A DNA stretch of 64,000 nt from Gammaproteobacteria bacterium (GCA_965277715.1 OZ255836.1:2656001-2720000); one strand, 5' to 3'. Counted from the first letter of the stretch, positions 30,831 to 41,994 are shown. Notes: generated from the letters alone by a model not told the origin. Program-made: numbers and translations.

Positions 30831-32816
30831 ATGGCTGGAGAATTTGGTAATCCTGAAGTTATCGAAGAAGAAGTCGATATTCTTCTTATCGGCGGTGGTA
30901 TGGCCTGCTGTGGCGCTGCATTTGAAGTTATGCGCTGGGCCGAAGGCACCGGGCTGAAAATCAAGCTGGTTGATAAAGCGGCGATGGACCGCTCGGGTGC
31001 AGTTGCCCAGGGTCTTTCCGCAATCAACACCTACATCGGCCCGGATCGCGATCCTGCCGATTATGCGCGCATGGTCTCCAATGACCTGATGGGCATCACC
31101 CGTGACGATCTGGCCTACGACCTGGGCCGCCACGTCGACGAATCGGTACACCTGTTTGAGGAATGGGGCCTGCCAATCTGGAAACTGGACGAAAACGGTG
31201 AACGCCACGACGGCTCGAAAGGCTTAACCCCGCTTAAAGACGGCGGCAAACCTGTACGTTCCGGTAAATGGCAAATCATGATTAACGGTGAATCCTACAA
31301 ATGGATCGTCGCCGAGGCGGCCAAGAAAGCGCTGGGTGTAGAGAACATCCAGGAGCGTATCTTTATCGTCAAACTGGTCAACGATAAAAACGACAAAAAC
31401 CGCATTGCCGGTGCCGTTGGTTTCTCAACCCGTGAAAACCAGGTCGTTGTCTATAAGTTCAAAGCCTGCCTGCTGGCTGCCGGTGGTTGTGTCAACATCT
31501 TCCGCCCACGCTCGGTTGGTGAGGGCACTGGCCGTGCCTGGTACCCCGTATGGAACGCTGGCTCCACCTACGCGATGGCCGCTGAAGCCGGTGCTGAGCT
31601 AACCATGATGGAAAACCGCTTCGTACCCACCCGTTTTAAAGACGGCTACGGCCCGGTAGGTGCCTGGTTTCTGTTGTTCAAAGCCAAGGCGACCAACGCC
31701 TATGGTGAAAACTACATGGTACGCAACAAAGAAATGCTGGACGACTACCCGCCCTATGGGCAGGCAGCCGTACCGGCTTCATGCCTGCGCAACCACTTGA
31801 TGCTCAAAGAGATGAAAGAAGGCCGTGGCCCTATCTATATGGATACCGTCACCGCACTGGCCGACCTGCGCGCTACGCTTAGCCCGCGTGAAGTCAAGCA
31901 CCTTGAGGCGGAGGCCTGGGAAGATTTTCTCGATATGTGTATCGGTCAGTGTGGTATCTGGGTAGGTGAAAACATCGAGCCGGAGAAGAAAAACTCTGAG
32001 CTGATGCCAACCGAGCCCTATCTGCTCGGTTCACACTCTGGCTGCTGCGGTATCTGGGTATCCGGACCAACCGATTTAGGCGCCCCAACCAATGAAGTCT
32101 TTGGTGAAGGCATTCCTGAATACCTGCCATCTGGCTGGAGCTGGGGTTACCGCTCAATGACGACCATCAAAGGCCTGTTTACAGCCGGTGATGGTGTCGG
32201 CGCCTCCGGGCACAAATTCTCCTCCGGTTCACACGCTGAAGGCCGCCTGGCCGCCAAGGCAATGGTGAAGTACTGCCTGGACAACCCTGATCTGAAGCCT
32301 GAGCTTGATACCTCAGTCGATGACCTGGTCGCCGCCATTTATCAGCCGGTAAAAACCTACTTCGAGCACAAGGACTACACCACGGCCATCGACATCAACC
32401 CACACTACATCACCCCCAAGATGCTGCAATTTCGTTTGCAGAAGATCATGGATGAGTACGTGGCCGGTGTTGCAACCTATTACAACACCAACGAAAAGAT
32501 GCTGGAAGTCGCCGAGGAAAAGCTGGAAATGCTCAAAGAGGACGCCTTAAAAATGCGCGCCAAAGACCTGCATGAGCTGCTGCGTGCGTGGGAAAACTAC
32601 CACCGTATTCTCACCGCTGAAGCGCATATGAAACACATCCAGTTCCGTCAGGAATCCCGTTATCCGGGTTTCTACTACCGCACCGACAAGAACTTTGTCG
32701 ACGAGGAAAACTGGAAATGTTTCGTTAACTCAGTGTACGACAAAGACAGCAAACAGTGGACCTGCTTCAAGCGGGCGCACACCGATTTGGTTGACAAGGC
32801 CAAGTTGTTTGCTTAA
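30831..32816 (+). CDS. aprA: Adenylylsulfate reductase alpha subunit
   Basis: RSGAVAQGLSAINTY, WQIMINGESYK, GHKFSSGSHAEG. Confidence 0.97.
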   Translation: MAGEFGNPEVIEEEVDILLIGGGMACCGAAFEVMRWAEGTGLKIKLVDKAAMDRSGAVAQGLSAINTYIGPDRDPADYARMVSNDLMGITRDDLAYDLGRHVDESVHLFEEWGLPIWKLDENGERHDGSKGLTPLKDGGKPVRSGKWQIMINGESYKWIVAEAAKKALGVENIQERIFIVKLVNDKNDKNRIAGAVGFSTRENQVVVYKFKACLLAAGGCVNIFRPRSVGEGTGRAWYPVWNAGSTYAMAAEAGAELTMMENRFVPTRFKDGYGPVGAWFLLFKAKATNAYGENYMVRNKEMLDDYPPYGQAAVPASCLRNHLMLKEMKEGRGPIYMDTVTALADLRATLSPREVKHLEAEAWEDFLDMCIGQCGIWVGENIEPEKKNSELMPTEPYLLGSHSGCCGIWVSGPTDLGAPTNEVFGEGIPEYLPSGWSWGYRSMTTIKGLFTAGDGVGASGHKFSSGSHAEGRLAAKAMVKYCLDNPDLKPELDTSVDDLVAAIYQPVKTYFEHKDYTTAIDINPHYITPKMLQFRLQKIMDEYVAGVATYYNTNEKMLEVAEEKLEMLKEDALKMRAKDLHELLRAWENYHRILTAEAHMKHIQFRQESRYPGFYYRTDKNFVDEENWKCFVNSVYDKDSKQWTCFKRAHTDLVDKAKLFA

Positions 32817-32843
32817 ACACAACAAGTTGTACTGACCCACCTG

Positions 32844-32876
32844 ACGGGCATATCGTTTGATATGCCCGTTTTTTTT
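32844..32876 (+). terminator. Rho-independent terminator after aprA
   Basis: ACGGGCATATC-gttt-GATATGCCCGT followed by a T-run. Confidence 0.85.
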
Positions 32877-32932
32877 GCTTTATCGCTTCAGCAATACAGC
32901 AGAGCCTACAATCTAAGTAACTCTATCTATTA

Positions 32933-33043
32933 GCAGTTGAATCGTAGCGAGGGCGTCTAAGGTGCCGAAGCTGAAATGCTGGTAAAAGCGCTTTAGATTC
33001 AGTGCATTAGGTGCCCGCAGTAGATTCAACTGAGGGCTTTAGG
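32933..33043. repeat. Longest MITE copy (left tip missing, right tip degenerate)
   Basis: Contains both the left part of the 26176 copy (GCAGTTGAATCGTAGCGAGGGCGTCTAAGGTGC) and the whole 25868 segment. Confidence 0.85.
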
Positions 33044-33238
33044 ATTAATCACTCCAAAGTCAGGAAAGCACCAGGGGTACTGCTATCAAAGCGCAACGTG
33101 TAAAATCCACTGATCAAGGTCTGTTATCTGGTATACAGCAAGGTCATTTTTCGCATCATTCCATTAATTGGTGCCAACGATATACTTGAACACGAATAAA
33201 AAACGCGAAAAATAATACCGCCGAGGGTACATCCACCA

Positions 33239-34063
33239 ATGGAAAACGTTCCACAGATTACCAGCCTGCTCGCACTGACTGCCTACCTGTTAGCAACATG
33301 GGTGTTATTGCGCACCAGACAACACCATGACGCCGCATCACCGGGCGTAGTCGTTTTCCGGCACCTTCCACGGCTATTTCACCTGTTCACGTTCACAGCA
33401 ATGACCCTACACACAATATCGATTTATACCGTGGTAGTAACCGACAGTGGACTGCTCATAGGGTTTTTCCCCGCCCTATCCGTAACCAGCTTATTAGTGG
33501 TCGCCCTGTTAACCGCTATCTCGATCTGGCAGCCACTGGCAATTCTCGGTGTCGTGCTACTGCCTGTCGCCGGTCTGTGTACCTTCGCCGGAAGCTGGAT
33601 AACAAGCAGTACAGCAGTAACCGAAATGGCACTGCAGTGGCATATCCTCGCCTCGGTTATGGCCTACGGCATGTTGGTACTTGCGGCGACCCAATCGGTG
33701 GCATTAGCCATTCAAACGCACTATCTGCGCACACTGCGCCCTGCGGGCATTTTGGGTGCACTGCCCCCCATCGACCTGATGGAAAAGCTGCTGTTCCAGA
33801 TGATCGGCGCAGGCTTTGTGCTACTGAGTGTTTCCCTGCTCACGGGCGCATTGTTTCTACAGGATATTTTCGCTCAGCATTTAGTCCACAAGACCACCCT
33901 GTCGATCATGGCGTGGCTGGTGTTTGGCATTTTGCTGACAGGCCGCTTAGTGCGCGGATGGCGCGGCAAAACAGCGCTGGTGTGGACATTGAGTGGGCTG
34001 GGGCTACTGATTGTTGGCTATTTTGGCAGTAAGCTGGTACTCGAGTTTATTTTGGTGCGTTAA
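33239..34063 (+). CDS. Cytochrome c assembly (CcsA/YpjD-like) inner membrane protein
   Basis: LPP...MEKLLF, FAQHLVHKT, GWRG, GYFGSKLVLE. Confidence 0.88.
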   Translation: MENVPQITSLLALTAYLLATWVLLRTRQHHDAASPGVVVFRHLPRLFHLFTFTAMTLHTISIYTVVVTDSGLLIGFFPALSVTSLLVVALLTAISIWQPLAILGVVLLPVAGLCTFAGSWITSSTAVTEMALQWHILASVMAYGMLVLAATQSVALAIQTHYLRTLRPAGILGALPPIDLMEKLLFQMIGAGFVLLSVSLLTGALFLQDIFAQHLVHKTTLSIMAWLVFGILLTGRLVRGWRGKTALVWTLSGLGLLIVGYFGSKLVLEFILVR

Positions 34064-34163
34064 TGGCAGGTAAAGACGCCCTCAAATACATAAAGAATAC
34101 GCTTGACACAGCGCCATCACATCGCTAGAAATACACTTCCATAGGAAACAGGTTCAACAACAC

Positions 34164-35459
34164 TTGAACACCACTCCGCTTGGCGCATTATTTACTGTGC
34201 TGGCTATTCTCATTGTGCTTTCGGGATTCTTTTCCGGCTCCGAAACGGCACTGATGACCTTAAACCGCTACCGCCTGCGCCACCTGGCCAATAGTGGCCA
34301 TCGCGGTGCACGGCTCGCATCACACTTGCTCACACAGCCCGACCGTCTGCTCGGTTTGATTCTGCTTGGCAATAACTTCATCAATATTTCAGCCTCTGCC
34401 CTGGCGACGGTTATCGCCTTGCGTTTATACGGTGAAGCGGGTATTGCGCTGGCCACCGGCCTACTCACACTGGTCATACTGATCTTTGCCGAAGTCGCAC
34501 CCAAAACACTCGCCGCCCGGCACCCCGAACCCCTGGCGTTTTTTGCCTCGTATCTCTACACCCCGCTATTACACCCATACTGCCCGCTGGTGTGGGTGGT
34601 GTGGGTGGTCAACTTCCTGTCCAATGGGCTGTTGCGGCTACTGCACCTATCACCCGAGCAGGCCGACGACGATAAACTCAACGCTGAAGAACTGCGCACG
34701 GTAGTCAATGAAGCGGGCGGCCTGATCCCGGAAGAACACCAGACCATGTTGTTGAACATCCTCGATCTGGAAAAAATTACCGTCAACGATATTATGGTGC
34801 CGCGCCACGAGATTAGCGGCATTGACCTGGAAGATAGCTGGAAAGAAATTTCGCAGCAGATTACCGGCAGTGGGCATAGCCGTTTACCTGTCTACAGCGA
34901 GAGTATCGATAACGTTGAAGGGTTCATCTATCTACGCAAATTTATCGACCTGCGGCGTCGCAAGGAAGTCACACTCGGACACCTTAAATCACAAATCCAC
35001 GAAGCGTATTTCATTCCTGAAAACACTCCCCTCACGGTGCAATTGCTGAATTTTCAAAAAGATGCCAAACGCATTGGCCTGGTGGTCGATGAATACGGTG
35101 ACATTCTTGGCCTGGTGACGGTTGAGGATATTCTTGAGGAAATCGTCGGCGAATTTACTACTGGCCCGGGCGCCGGGGAAACCATCACAGTCGAGACAGA
35201 CGGCAGCCTGACCGTCGATGGCAGCACCGCAGTGCGCTACCTGAACCGCCGCCTCGGCTGGAAGATACCAATGGATGGCCCCAAAACGCTGAACGGGTTG
35301 ATTCTCGAATACCTGGAAGATATCCCCACACCGGGCACGACCTTTTTAATCGATAAACGCCCTGTGGAGATTATCGAAACCCGCGACAACGTAGTGAAGA
35401 GTGCACGTATTTTTCCCATTATTGAGGAAAGCGCAAACGCACAGACTGGCGGTGACTGA
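34164..35459 (+). CDS. HlyC/CorC (CNNM-CBS) family protein
   Basis: FFSGSETA, ILLGNN, EVAPKT, CBS pair with VVDEYG...EDILEEIVGE. Confidence 0.92.
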   Translation: MNTTPLGALFTVLAILIVLSGFFSGSETALMTLNRYRLRHLANSGHRGARLASHLLTQPDRLLGLILLGNNFINISASALATVIALRLYGEAGIALATGLLTLVILIFAEVAPKTLAARHPEPLAFFASYLYTPLLHPYCPLVWVVWVVNFLSNGLLRLLHLSPEQADDDKLNAEELRTVVNEAGGLIPEEHQTMLLNILDLEKITVNDIMVPRHEISGIDLEDSWKEISQQITGSGHSRLPVYSESIDNVEGFIYLRKFIDLRRRKEVTLGHLKSQIHEAYFIPENTPLTVQLLNFQKDAKRIGLVVDEYGDILGLVTVEDILEEIVGEFTTGPGAGETITVETDGSLTVDGSTAVRYLNRRLGWKIPMDGPKTLNGLILEYLEDIPTPGTTFLIDKRPVEIIETRDNVVKSARIFPIIEESANAQTGGD

Positions 35460-35465
35460 GCACCT

Positions 35466-36824
35466 GTGGCCAAAGATAAACGCTACTATCAATGTAACGC
35501 CTGCGCCAGCTACAGCCCCAAATGGAGTGGTCAATGCGCCGAATGCGGCGAGTGGAATACACTGCAGGAATGCAGCCAGCCAACGGCCAGCCCCACAAAC
35601 AATGCACGGCGTGGCGGCTATGCGGGGCATAGCCAGGTCACCTCGCTGGCCGACGTTTCACTGCGGCAACTGGCCCGCACCACCACGGGTATCAGCGAGC
35701 TGGACAGGGTGCTCGGTGGTGGCCTGGTCACAGGCTCGGTGACCCTACTCGGTGGCGACCCCGGTATTGGCAAATCCACACTCCTCTTACAATCCATCGC
35801 ACTCTTATCGCAATCGCTAAACACACTGTATGTGAGTGGCGAGGAATCGATGCAGCAAATCACCCTGCGGGCGCGGCGCCTGTCGTTAGTCGAGGATCGT
35901 TTGAAGTTACTCACCGAAACCTGTGTGGAATCGATCATCGACATCACCCAACGGGAAAAACCCGCCGTCATCGTCATCGATTCAATACAAACGATGTATA
36001 CCGATACCCTGCAATCGGCCCCTGGTGCAGTGGCACAACTGCGCGAGGCGACAGCGCGACTGGTGCGCTATGCCAAACAGTCGGGCACCGCCATGTTTAT
36101 TGTCGGGCACGTCACCAAAGAGGGGGCACTGGCGGGGCCACGCGTATTGGAGCATATGGTCGATACTGTTTTGTACTTCGAGGGGGACCCCGGCAGCCGC
36201 TACCGGGTGATTCGCGCCGTTAAAAACCGCTTTGGTGCCGTCAACGAGCTGGGAGTCTTTGCCATGGACGAAAAGGGACTACAGGGTGTTAACAACCCTT
36301 CGGCAATTTTTCTATCGCGCCACCCACAGCCGGTCGCGGGCAGCGTGATTATGGTGACGCGGGAAGGCACCCGGCCTCTGCTGGTTGAAACCCAGGCGCT
36401 GGTGGATGAATCGCGCTTAAACAATGTGCGCCGCGTTACCCTGGGGCTGGAACAAAACCGCCTGGCCATGCTGTTGGCGGTATTGCACCGCCACGCCGGT
36501 ATCGCTATGTACGATCAGGATGTGTTCGTCAATGTCGTCGGGGGAGTGCGCATCGCCGAAACCGCCGCCGATCTACCGGTACTGATCGCCGCGCTTTCGT
36601 CTTTTCGTGACAGGCCGGTATCCAACAAACTCGTCACCTTCGGTGAAGTGGGACTGGCGGGCGAGATAAGACCCGTGCCCAACGGTGAAGAGCGATTGCG
36701 TGAAGCGGCCAAACACGGCTTTAGCGAAGCCATCGTGCCGAAATCCAACGCACCACGCAACAAAATAGACGGAATGCAGGTAAAATCCGTTGAGCGACTT
36801 TCACAGGTAATCGACTTACTTTAG
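35466..36824 (+). CDS. radA: DNA repair protein RadA/Sms
   Basis: C4 zinc finger, [13 protein letters not shown]. Confidence 0.97.
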   Translation: MAKDKRYYQCNACASYSPKWSGQCAECGEWNTLQECSQPTASPTNNARRGGYAGHSQVTSLADVSLRQLARTTTGISELDRVLGGGLVTGSVTLLGGDPGIGKSTLLLQSIALLSQSLNTLYVSGEESMQQITLRARRLSLVEDRLKLLTETCVESIIDITQREKPAVIVIDSIQTMYTDTLQSAPGAVAQLREATARLVRYAKQSGTAMFIVGHVTKEGALAGPRVLEHMVDTVLYFEGDPGSRYRVIRAVKNRFGAVNELGVFAMDEKGLQGVNNPSAIFLSRHPQPVAGSVIMVTREGTRPLLVETQALVDESRLNNVRRVTLGLEQNRLAMLLAVLHRHAGIAMYDQDVFVNVVGGVRIAETAADLPVLIAALSSFRDRPVSNKLVTFGEVGLAGEIRPVPNGEERLREAAKHGFSEAIVPKSNAPRNKIDGMQVKSVERLSQVIDLL

Positions 36825-36861
36825 AGTTGCACTTTTATCCGGTAACCAACGAACGTGTGAC

Positions 36862-37113
36862 ATGGCCAGAAAAAAACCCCCAATTGATGAAGATCCTCCA
36901 TTTGAAGCGGCCCTCGGCGAGCTTGAAGCGCTCGTCGACGAACTGGAAGCAGGCGATCTGAATCTGGCGGAATCACTGCAAAAATTTGAACGCGGCGTTA
37001 CCCTGGCCCGCCAGTGTCAGGCATCCCTTAGCCAGGCTGAACAAAAAATTCACACCTTGAGCGAAGCCACTGACGACGGTGACGCCGCTACGGAAACCAA
37101 GCGCATTGACTGA
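36862..37113 (+). CDS. xseB: Exodeoxyribonuclease VII small subunit
   Basis: [15 protein letters not shown]...L..SL..FERGV.L...CQ..L..AEQKI. Confidence 0.93.
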   Translation: MARKKPPIDEDPPFEAALGELEALVDELEAGDLNLAESLQKFERGVTLARQCQASLSQAEQKIHTLSEATDDGDAATETKRID

Positions 37114-38011
37114 TTTACCGGCACCTCTGGAAGAAACCCTCAGCCATTACCGCAAGCGCATCGACACCGCACTCAAACAGTGCCTGCCCACCCCGTCTAC
37201 CCGCACTGTGCGCCTGCACCAGGCAATGCACTACGCCGTCACCAACGGTGGCAAACGGGTTCGGCCTATACTGGTTTATGCCACAGGCGATGCACTCAAC
37301 GGCCCCACTGAGTTACTCGATCAAATCGCCTGCGCCGTCGAATTAATCCACGCCTATTCGCTGGTACACGACGACTTACCCGCGATGGACGACGACGACC
37401 TGCGCCGTGGCAATCCCACCTGCCACAAAAAATTTGATGAAGCCACCGCCATACTTGCCGGTGATGCACTCCAGGCACTGGCATTTTCAATAATGGCAAA
37501 AGACAGCGGCAATACTGTTTCACCCGCCCGTCGTCTGGAAATGATCACCCTACTAGGTGAGGCAGTCGGAGACACCGGTATGGCACTGGGGCAGGCCATC
37601 GACCTCGAAGTAGTCAGCAAACAAATCGACCTGGATACACTGGAAAATATGCACCGGCACAAAACGGGTGCATTAATCCGCGCCAGCGTGCGACTGGGGG
37701 CATTGAGCAGCCCATACGTCGACCAACACATACTCGACAAACTTGACAACTATGCCAACGCCGTCGGCCTGGCTTTTCAAATCGTCGATGACATCCTCGA
37801 CGTTATCACCGATACCAACACCCTTGGCAAACCACAAGGCTCAGACATCGCCCGCGATAAACCCACCTACCCCGCACTACTGGGACTGGAAGGTGCTCGT
37901 AACCATGCACAGCACATGCACCAGGCAGCACTCGCAAGCCTCAATGGCCTACCCGACAACTACAATTTCTTACGCGCACTATCAGCCTATATCGTCGAAC
38001 GCTCTTATTAA
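37106..38011 (+). CDS. ispA: Farnesyl diphosphate synthase
   Basis: [31 protein letters not shown]. Start approximate. Confidence 0.93.
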   Translation: MTDLPAPLEETLSHYRKRIDTALKQCLPTPSTRTVRLHQAMHYAVTNGGKRVRPILVYATGDALNGPTELLDQIACAVELIHAYSLVHDDLPAMDDDDLRRGNPTCHKKFDEATAILAGDALQALAFSIMAKDSGNTVSPARRLEMITLLGEAVGDTGMALGQAIDLEVVSKQIDLDTLENMHRHKTGALIRASVRLGALSSPYVDQHILDKLDNYANAVGLAFQIVDDILDVITDTNTLGKPQGSDIARDKPTYPALLGLEGARNHAQHMHQAALASLNGLPDNYNFLRALSAYIVERSY

Positions 38012-38098
38012 TTCATGCATGGAGCAGCCTATAAAACCGGCTACCCACAGGGCGCGAGTGAAACGCCACAACACCCTATTGCCTATATATCCCGTTAA

Positions 38099-38671
38099 TT
38101 AAAACCCAGGCTCATTACCCAGTTTCCACTTTATACTACACCCCACACTAGGCCGCTGTTCACCCCCCACCGGCAAACCATCAAGCACCGCCTCAGCCGC
38201 AGCCCGCAAATCCCCCCCTGTAACCGCCACCTGATTACCCGGCCTCGACGCATCAAACTGCCCTCGATAAACCAGCGTATGCGCCGCATCAAACAGATAA
38301 AAATCGGGCGTACATGCCGCCTCATAAGCCTGGGCAACAGCTTGTGATTCATCAAACAAATAGGGAAATTGATACGCATATTGCCGCGCCAGTGTCGCCA
38401 TCTTATCTGGCCCGTCCTGCGGATACCCCGCTGCATCATTCGCACTGATCGCCACCACCGCCATACCCCGGTCAGTGAGTTCATTAGCCAGAGCAGCAAA
38501 CACCGTTTGAATATGGATAACATAAGGGCAGTGGTTACAAATAAACGCCACCAACAGCGGTTGCCCGGTAAAATCAGCCGAGGCGACTGTCCTACCACTC
38601 GCAGGCTCCAGCAGATCAAAAGCAGGGGCTGGTGTGCCCAGCGTCATCATCGTCGAGGGGGTAAGTGCCAT
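38099..38671 (-). CDS. Thioredoxin-fold (AhpC/TSA-like) protein
   Basis: FICNHCPYV, YEAACTPDF, YRGQFD, GCSIKW. Confidence 0.88.
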   Translation of the reverse strand: MALTPSTMMTLGTPAPAFDLLEPASGRTVASADFTGQPLLVAFICNHCPYVIHIQTVFAALANELTDRGMAVVAISANDAAGYPQDGPDKMATLARQYAYQFPYLFDESQAVAQAYEAACTPDFYLFDAAHTLVYRGQFDASRPGNQVAVTGGDLRAAAEAVLDGLPVGGEQRPSVGCSIKWKLGNEPGF

Positions 38672-38805
38672 AGGTTGTTTCCAGCAGATTAATAAGGTGC
38701 GCCTATTATACTGCGTTAGGGTGACTTACCGCCTGGAACTTTACTGGCGATGCGCCTCCTAATACACCACTGAACAAACCACTCTAATAATCGATAGGTC
38801 TGGAA

Positions 38806-39378
38806 ATGATAAAAAGCACATTGATCTACCGCAGTGCATTAGCGATAACTGTAGTGGCTGTCGCTGCACTGCTCTTCACACGCTACAACGCAACCGCCGT
38901 CGCACAGACGATTGTAGCGAGGCCCGCCCCCGAATTTAACCAGACAGAACCAGACGCCTGGTTAAACTCACCGCCACTGACGATGGCGAGTTTGCGCGGC
39001 AAGGTGGTACTGCTGGATTTTTGGACATTTGGCTGCTGGAACTGCTATCGCTCATTTCCATGGTTAAACGCACTGGAAGAGAAATATGCCAACCACGACT
39101 TACAGGTAATCGGCATTCACACCCCGGAATTTGAACACGAAAAAGTACGCGCCAATATCGAGGAAAAAATTGCCGAGTTTGGGCTTAAACACCCATCGAT
39201 GATGGACAACGACTTCTACTACTGGAAGAGCATGCGCAACCGCTACTGGCCCTCGTTTTACCTAATCGACAAACGCGGTTTTATCCGCCACGTATTTATA
39301 GGTGAAATTCACGCCGAAGACCGCAGAGCACAAGCGATTGAACACGCGCTAAAAAACCTGCTCGCCGAGCCAGCCTAG
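38806..39378 (+). CDS. Exported redoxin (DipZ C-terminal-like)
   Basis: Signal peptide, WLNS.PL, FWTFGCWNC, GIHTPEF, NRYWP. Confidence 0.85.
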   Translation: MIKSTLIYRSALAITVVAVAALLFTRYNATAVAQTIVARPAPEFNQTEPDAWLNSPPLTMASLRGKVVLLDFWTFGCWNCYRSFPWLNALEEKYANHDLQVIGIHTPEFEHEKVRANIEEKIAEFGLKHPSMMDNDFYYWKSMRNRYWPSFYLIDKRGFIRHVFIGEIHAEDRRAQAIEHALKNLLAEPA

Positions 39379-39438
39379 ACCCCATGTATTGATCTGTTCA
39401 ACCTCAAAGTCTGTGGGAATTACTGGTTCATCGGTGAT

Positions 39439-41127
39439 CTACCTGGCTCTGTGCTTGAAGGAATCGCGACGAAAGCTGTACAGCGCTTTAGGGTCAACCG
39501 CCACATCAATCACAGCCGGTTTGCCACAATCGAGCGCAGCGCGCACGGCCTCGGCAAGCTCGCGGGTGCGCTCGACACGAAAACCCGCCGCACCATACAG
39601 CTCAGCCACTTTATCAAAAGGTGGGCTACTGATATTGGCGCCGATGTAACGCTCGCCAAAGAAATCCCGCTGGTAGGCCTTTTCTGCGCCCCAGCACTGG
39701 TTATTCATAACGACAGTAACGGTGTTAATACCGTGGTCGACAGCCGTGCTCAACTCTGAAAGCGTCATACCAAAACCGCCATCGCCCATCAGGCTAACCA
39801 CCGGGCGATCCGGGCGTGCCACCTTAACACCTAAACCGCAGGCAAAAGAGAAGCCAACCAGACCAAAATCCAGCGGGGTAAACAGACACGGCGGTTCCCA
39901 ATAATTCAGGGCATCGGTCGCCTGCAGGCACAGCGTCCCGGCATCCATGGTGACAGCCGCCGACTTTGGCAACACATCGCGCAGGGCTTTGTACAAACCG
40001 GAAGGTTGAATCGGGTGGACATCGGTTGCCGCGTCTGCATCACGCTTGTGTAAATAGGCGGTGCGCTCGCGCTGATAATCCTGCACCCAGGCCATCGCCT
40101 CTGCCCGCGCCTCCAGGGTGGTCAGCTCATCACACAATTGCCGCGCCACTGTCGGGGCATCTGCCCAGATACCCTGCACAACAGGGAAATAACGGCCGAT
40201 GGCGGTGGGTTCCAGCTCAACCTGGATAATCGCCGCCTGCTCATTAATATTGTCGTAGGAGTAAAACGTGGCATTAAATCCCAGGCGTGTGCCCAGCGCC
40301 AGAATCACATCCGCCTGTTTTGCCAGGCGGGAGGCAACCGGGTTACCACGCGGCCCCATCTGGCCCGCGTTGAGCGGGTGGTCAAATGGGATCGCATCGC
40401 CATGTCCGGGCGCGGTAACAATAGGCGCGCTCAGTGCCTCAGCGAGTGCTATTACAGATGCGTACCCACCCGTGTTTTTGATACCGCCGCCCGCGACAAT
40501 CACTGGCTGTACAGCCGCGTGTAACCGTTTAGCCGCCGCTTTGATTGCATCGTTTGCGGCGGCGGGCACACTGTCAGTACGGTAGTGTTGAGGAGACTGA
40601 AAATCGGCAAAACCGGCGGTTTCTGACAATACATCACGCGGTAGGTTTAGCTGCACCGGGCCGCGTCTTGGCGTCATCGCCACCCGAAACGCCTCACGGA
40701 ACATCTCAGGCACACGGTCTGTCCCTGTCACTGTCCAGGTTTTTTTAGTCACGGGCCGAAACAGTGACTGTTGGTCAACCTCCTGAAAGGCATCGCGGTA
40801 CACATGCCCGGAGGAGAGTGCACCGGCAATGGAGATAACCGGGGAAAAAGCCGCCGCCGCCTGCGCCAGGCCGGTGACGAGGTTGGTGGCACCAGGGCCA
40901 TTTTGCCCTGCCAGAATGACGCCTGGACGCCCCGAGGCACGGGCGTACCCATCGGCCATATGGGTGCCGGTGCGCTCATCGTGCACGCCAATAAAATTAA
41001 TTTCACTGGCGTCGTAAAGTGCATCAAACATTTCCATCGTCGCCGATCCAATCAAGCCAAACAGGTGCTCGACCTTTTCTGCCCGCAGTGACTCGACAGC
41101 CGCCTGCCCGCCGGATAGTGTTTTCAT
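39439..41127 (-). CDS. ThDP-dependent enzyme, sulfoacetaldehyde acetyltransferase (Xsc)-like
   Basis: FGLIGSA, QNGPG, FQEVDQ, GDGGFGM...NNQCWGAEK. The QNGPG and WGAEK motifs are characteristic of the Xsc group. Confidence 0.7.
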   Translation of the reverse strand: MKTLSGGQAAVESLRAEKVEHLFGLIGSATMEMFDALYDASEINFIGVHDERTGTHMADGYARASGRPGVILAGQNGPGATNLVTGLAQAAAAFSPVISIAGALSSGHVYRDAFQEVDQQSLFRPVTKKTWTVTGTDRVPEMFREAFRVAMTPRRGPVQLNLPRDVLSETAGFADFQSPQHYRTDSVPAAANDAIKAAAKRLHAAVQPVIVAGGGIKNTGGYASVIALAEALSAPIVTAPGHGDAIPFDHPLNAGQMGPRGNPVASRLAKQADVILALGTRLGFNATFYSYDNINEQAAIIQVELEPTAIGRYFPVVQGIWADAPTVARQLCDELTTLEARAEAMAWVQDYQRERTAYLHKRDADAATDVHPIQPSGLYKALRDVLPKSAAVTMDAGTLCLQATDALNYWEPPCLFTPLDFGLVGFSFACGLGVKVARPDRPVVSLMGDGGFGMTLSELSTAVDHGINTVTVVMNNQCWGAEKAYQRDFFGERYIGANISSPPFDKVAELYGAAGFRVERTRELAEAVRAALDCGKPAVIDVAVDPKALYSFRRDSFKHRAR

Positions 41128-41172
41128 GGTGATTCTCTCAGTTATGTCTATAAATAGTTTTTTTACACGCGG

Positions 41173-41994
41173 CTAATCCCGCAACCCTATTTCATCAAAG
41201 AACTGTAGCAACGGCACGGTAAATTTATCCGGCCTTTCAACCAGCCCCATATGTTGCAGATCCGGCACGATGATGGTTTGTGCGCCCGGCATTTCAGCCG
41301 CGATAGCGTAGCTCATATCCGGGGTGCTGCCGCTATCATTTTCCGCTGTTATAACCAGAGTTGGCTGGGCGATAGGCGGGTGAGGGCGAATCAACTCGAT
41401 AACACCCGTCGCCAGCACCTGGCGGCACTGCGCATAAATAACCGGGTCGTTGGCCAATACCCATTGGCGTATCTGATGGATGAAATCAGCGTTTGCCGAG
41501 CGAAACCCGACCGTAAACCAGCGTTCGAGCGTAGCGTCGAGATTGGCCGCCGGGCCACCTTCAGCGGTTTCGGCGGCGCGTGCCTCGATCTGCTGTTGCG
41601 CCGCCGGGCTGCGCTCGTGGGGTGAATTTAAAATGGCGAGCGCACGCACGCGCTCAGGGTAGTCCATCGCAAAACGCCGGTTGATCATACCCCCCAGCGA
41701 AAACCCGACGATGGTGGCCTTATCAATACCCAGAGTATCTAGCAATTCACACAATTGTGCCGAAAACACGCTGAGCGATACCTGCCCAGGGGGTGATGAG
41801 CCGGGTGGTGGCACACTTTCCCCGTGGCCGAATAAATCGTAATACAACACGCGGTAACCGACAGCGGCGAATACCGCGTGGTATGCCTGCCAGATTTGCC
41901 GGTTTAACCCCAGGCCATGAATGAGCACCACAACGGGGGCGACTTCTGGGCCAGCCTGTTCATAAACCGTTCCGCTGCGCGTGAGTTCTCTCAT
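41173..41994 (-). CDS. Alpha/beta hydrolase (PcaD-like)
   Basis: HGLG oxyanion motif, GFSLGG nucleophile, catalytic His in QHMG. Confidence 0.85.
   Translation of the reverse strand: MRELTRSGTVYEQAGPEVAPVVVLIHGLGLNRQIWQAYHAVFAAVGYRVLYYDLFGHGESVPPPGSSPPGQVSLSVFSAQLCELLDTLGIDKATIVGFSLGGMINRRFAMDYPERVRALAILNSPHERSPAAQQQIEARAAETAEGGPAANLDATLERWFTVGFRSANADFIHQIRQWVLANDPVIYAQCRQVLATGVIELIRPHPPIAQPTLVITAENDSGSTPDMSYAIAAEMPGAQTIIVPDLQHMGLVERPDKFTVPLLQFFDEIGLRD

Noticed and set aside
20720-33043. Repeated ~33-bp sequence as a possible CRISPR repeat
   Set aside because: Copies are kilobases apart, show TIR and target-duplication structure, have no regular spacers and no cas genes nearby.
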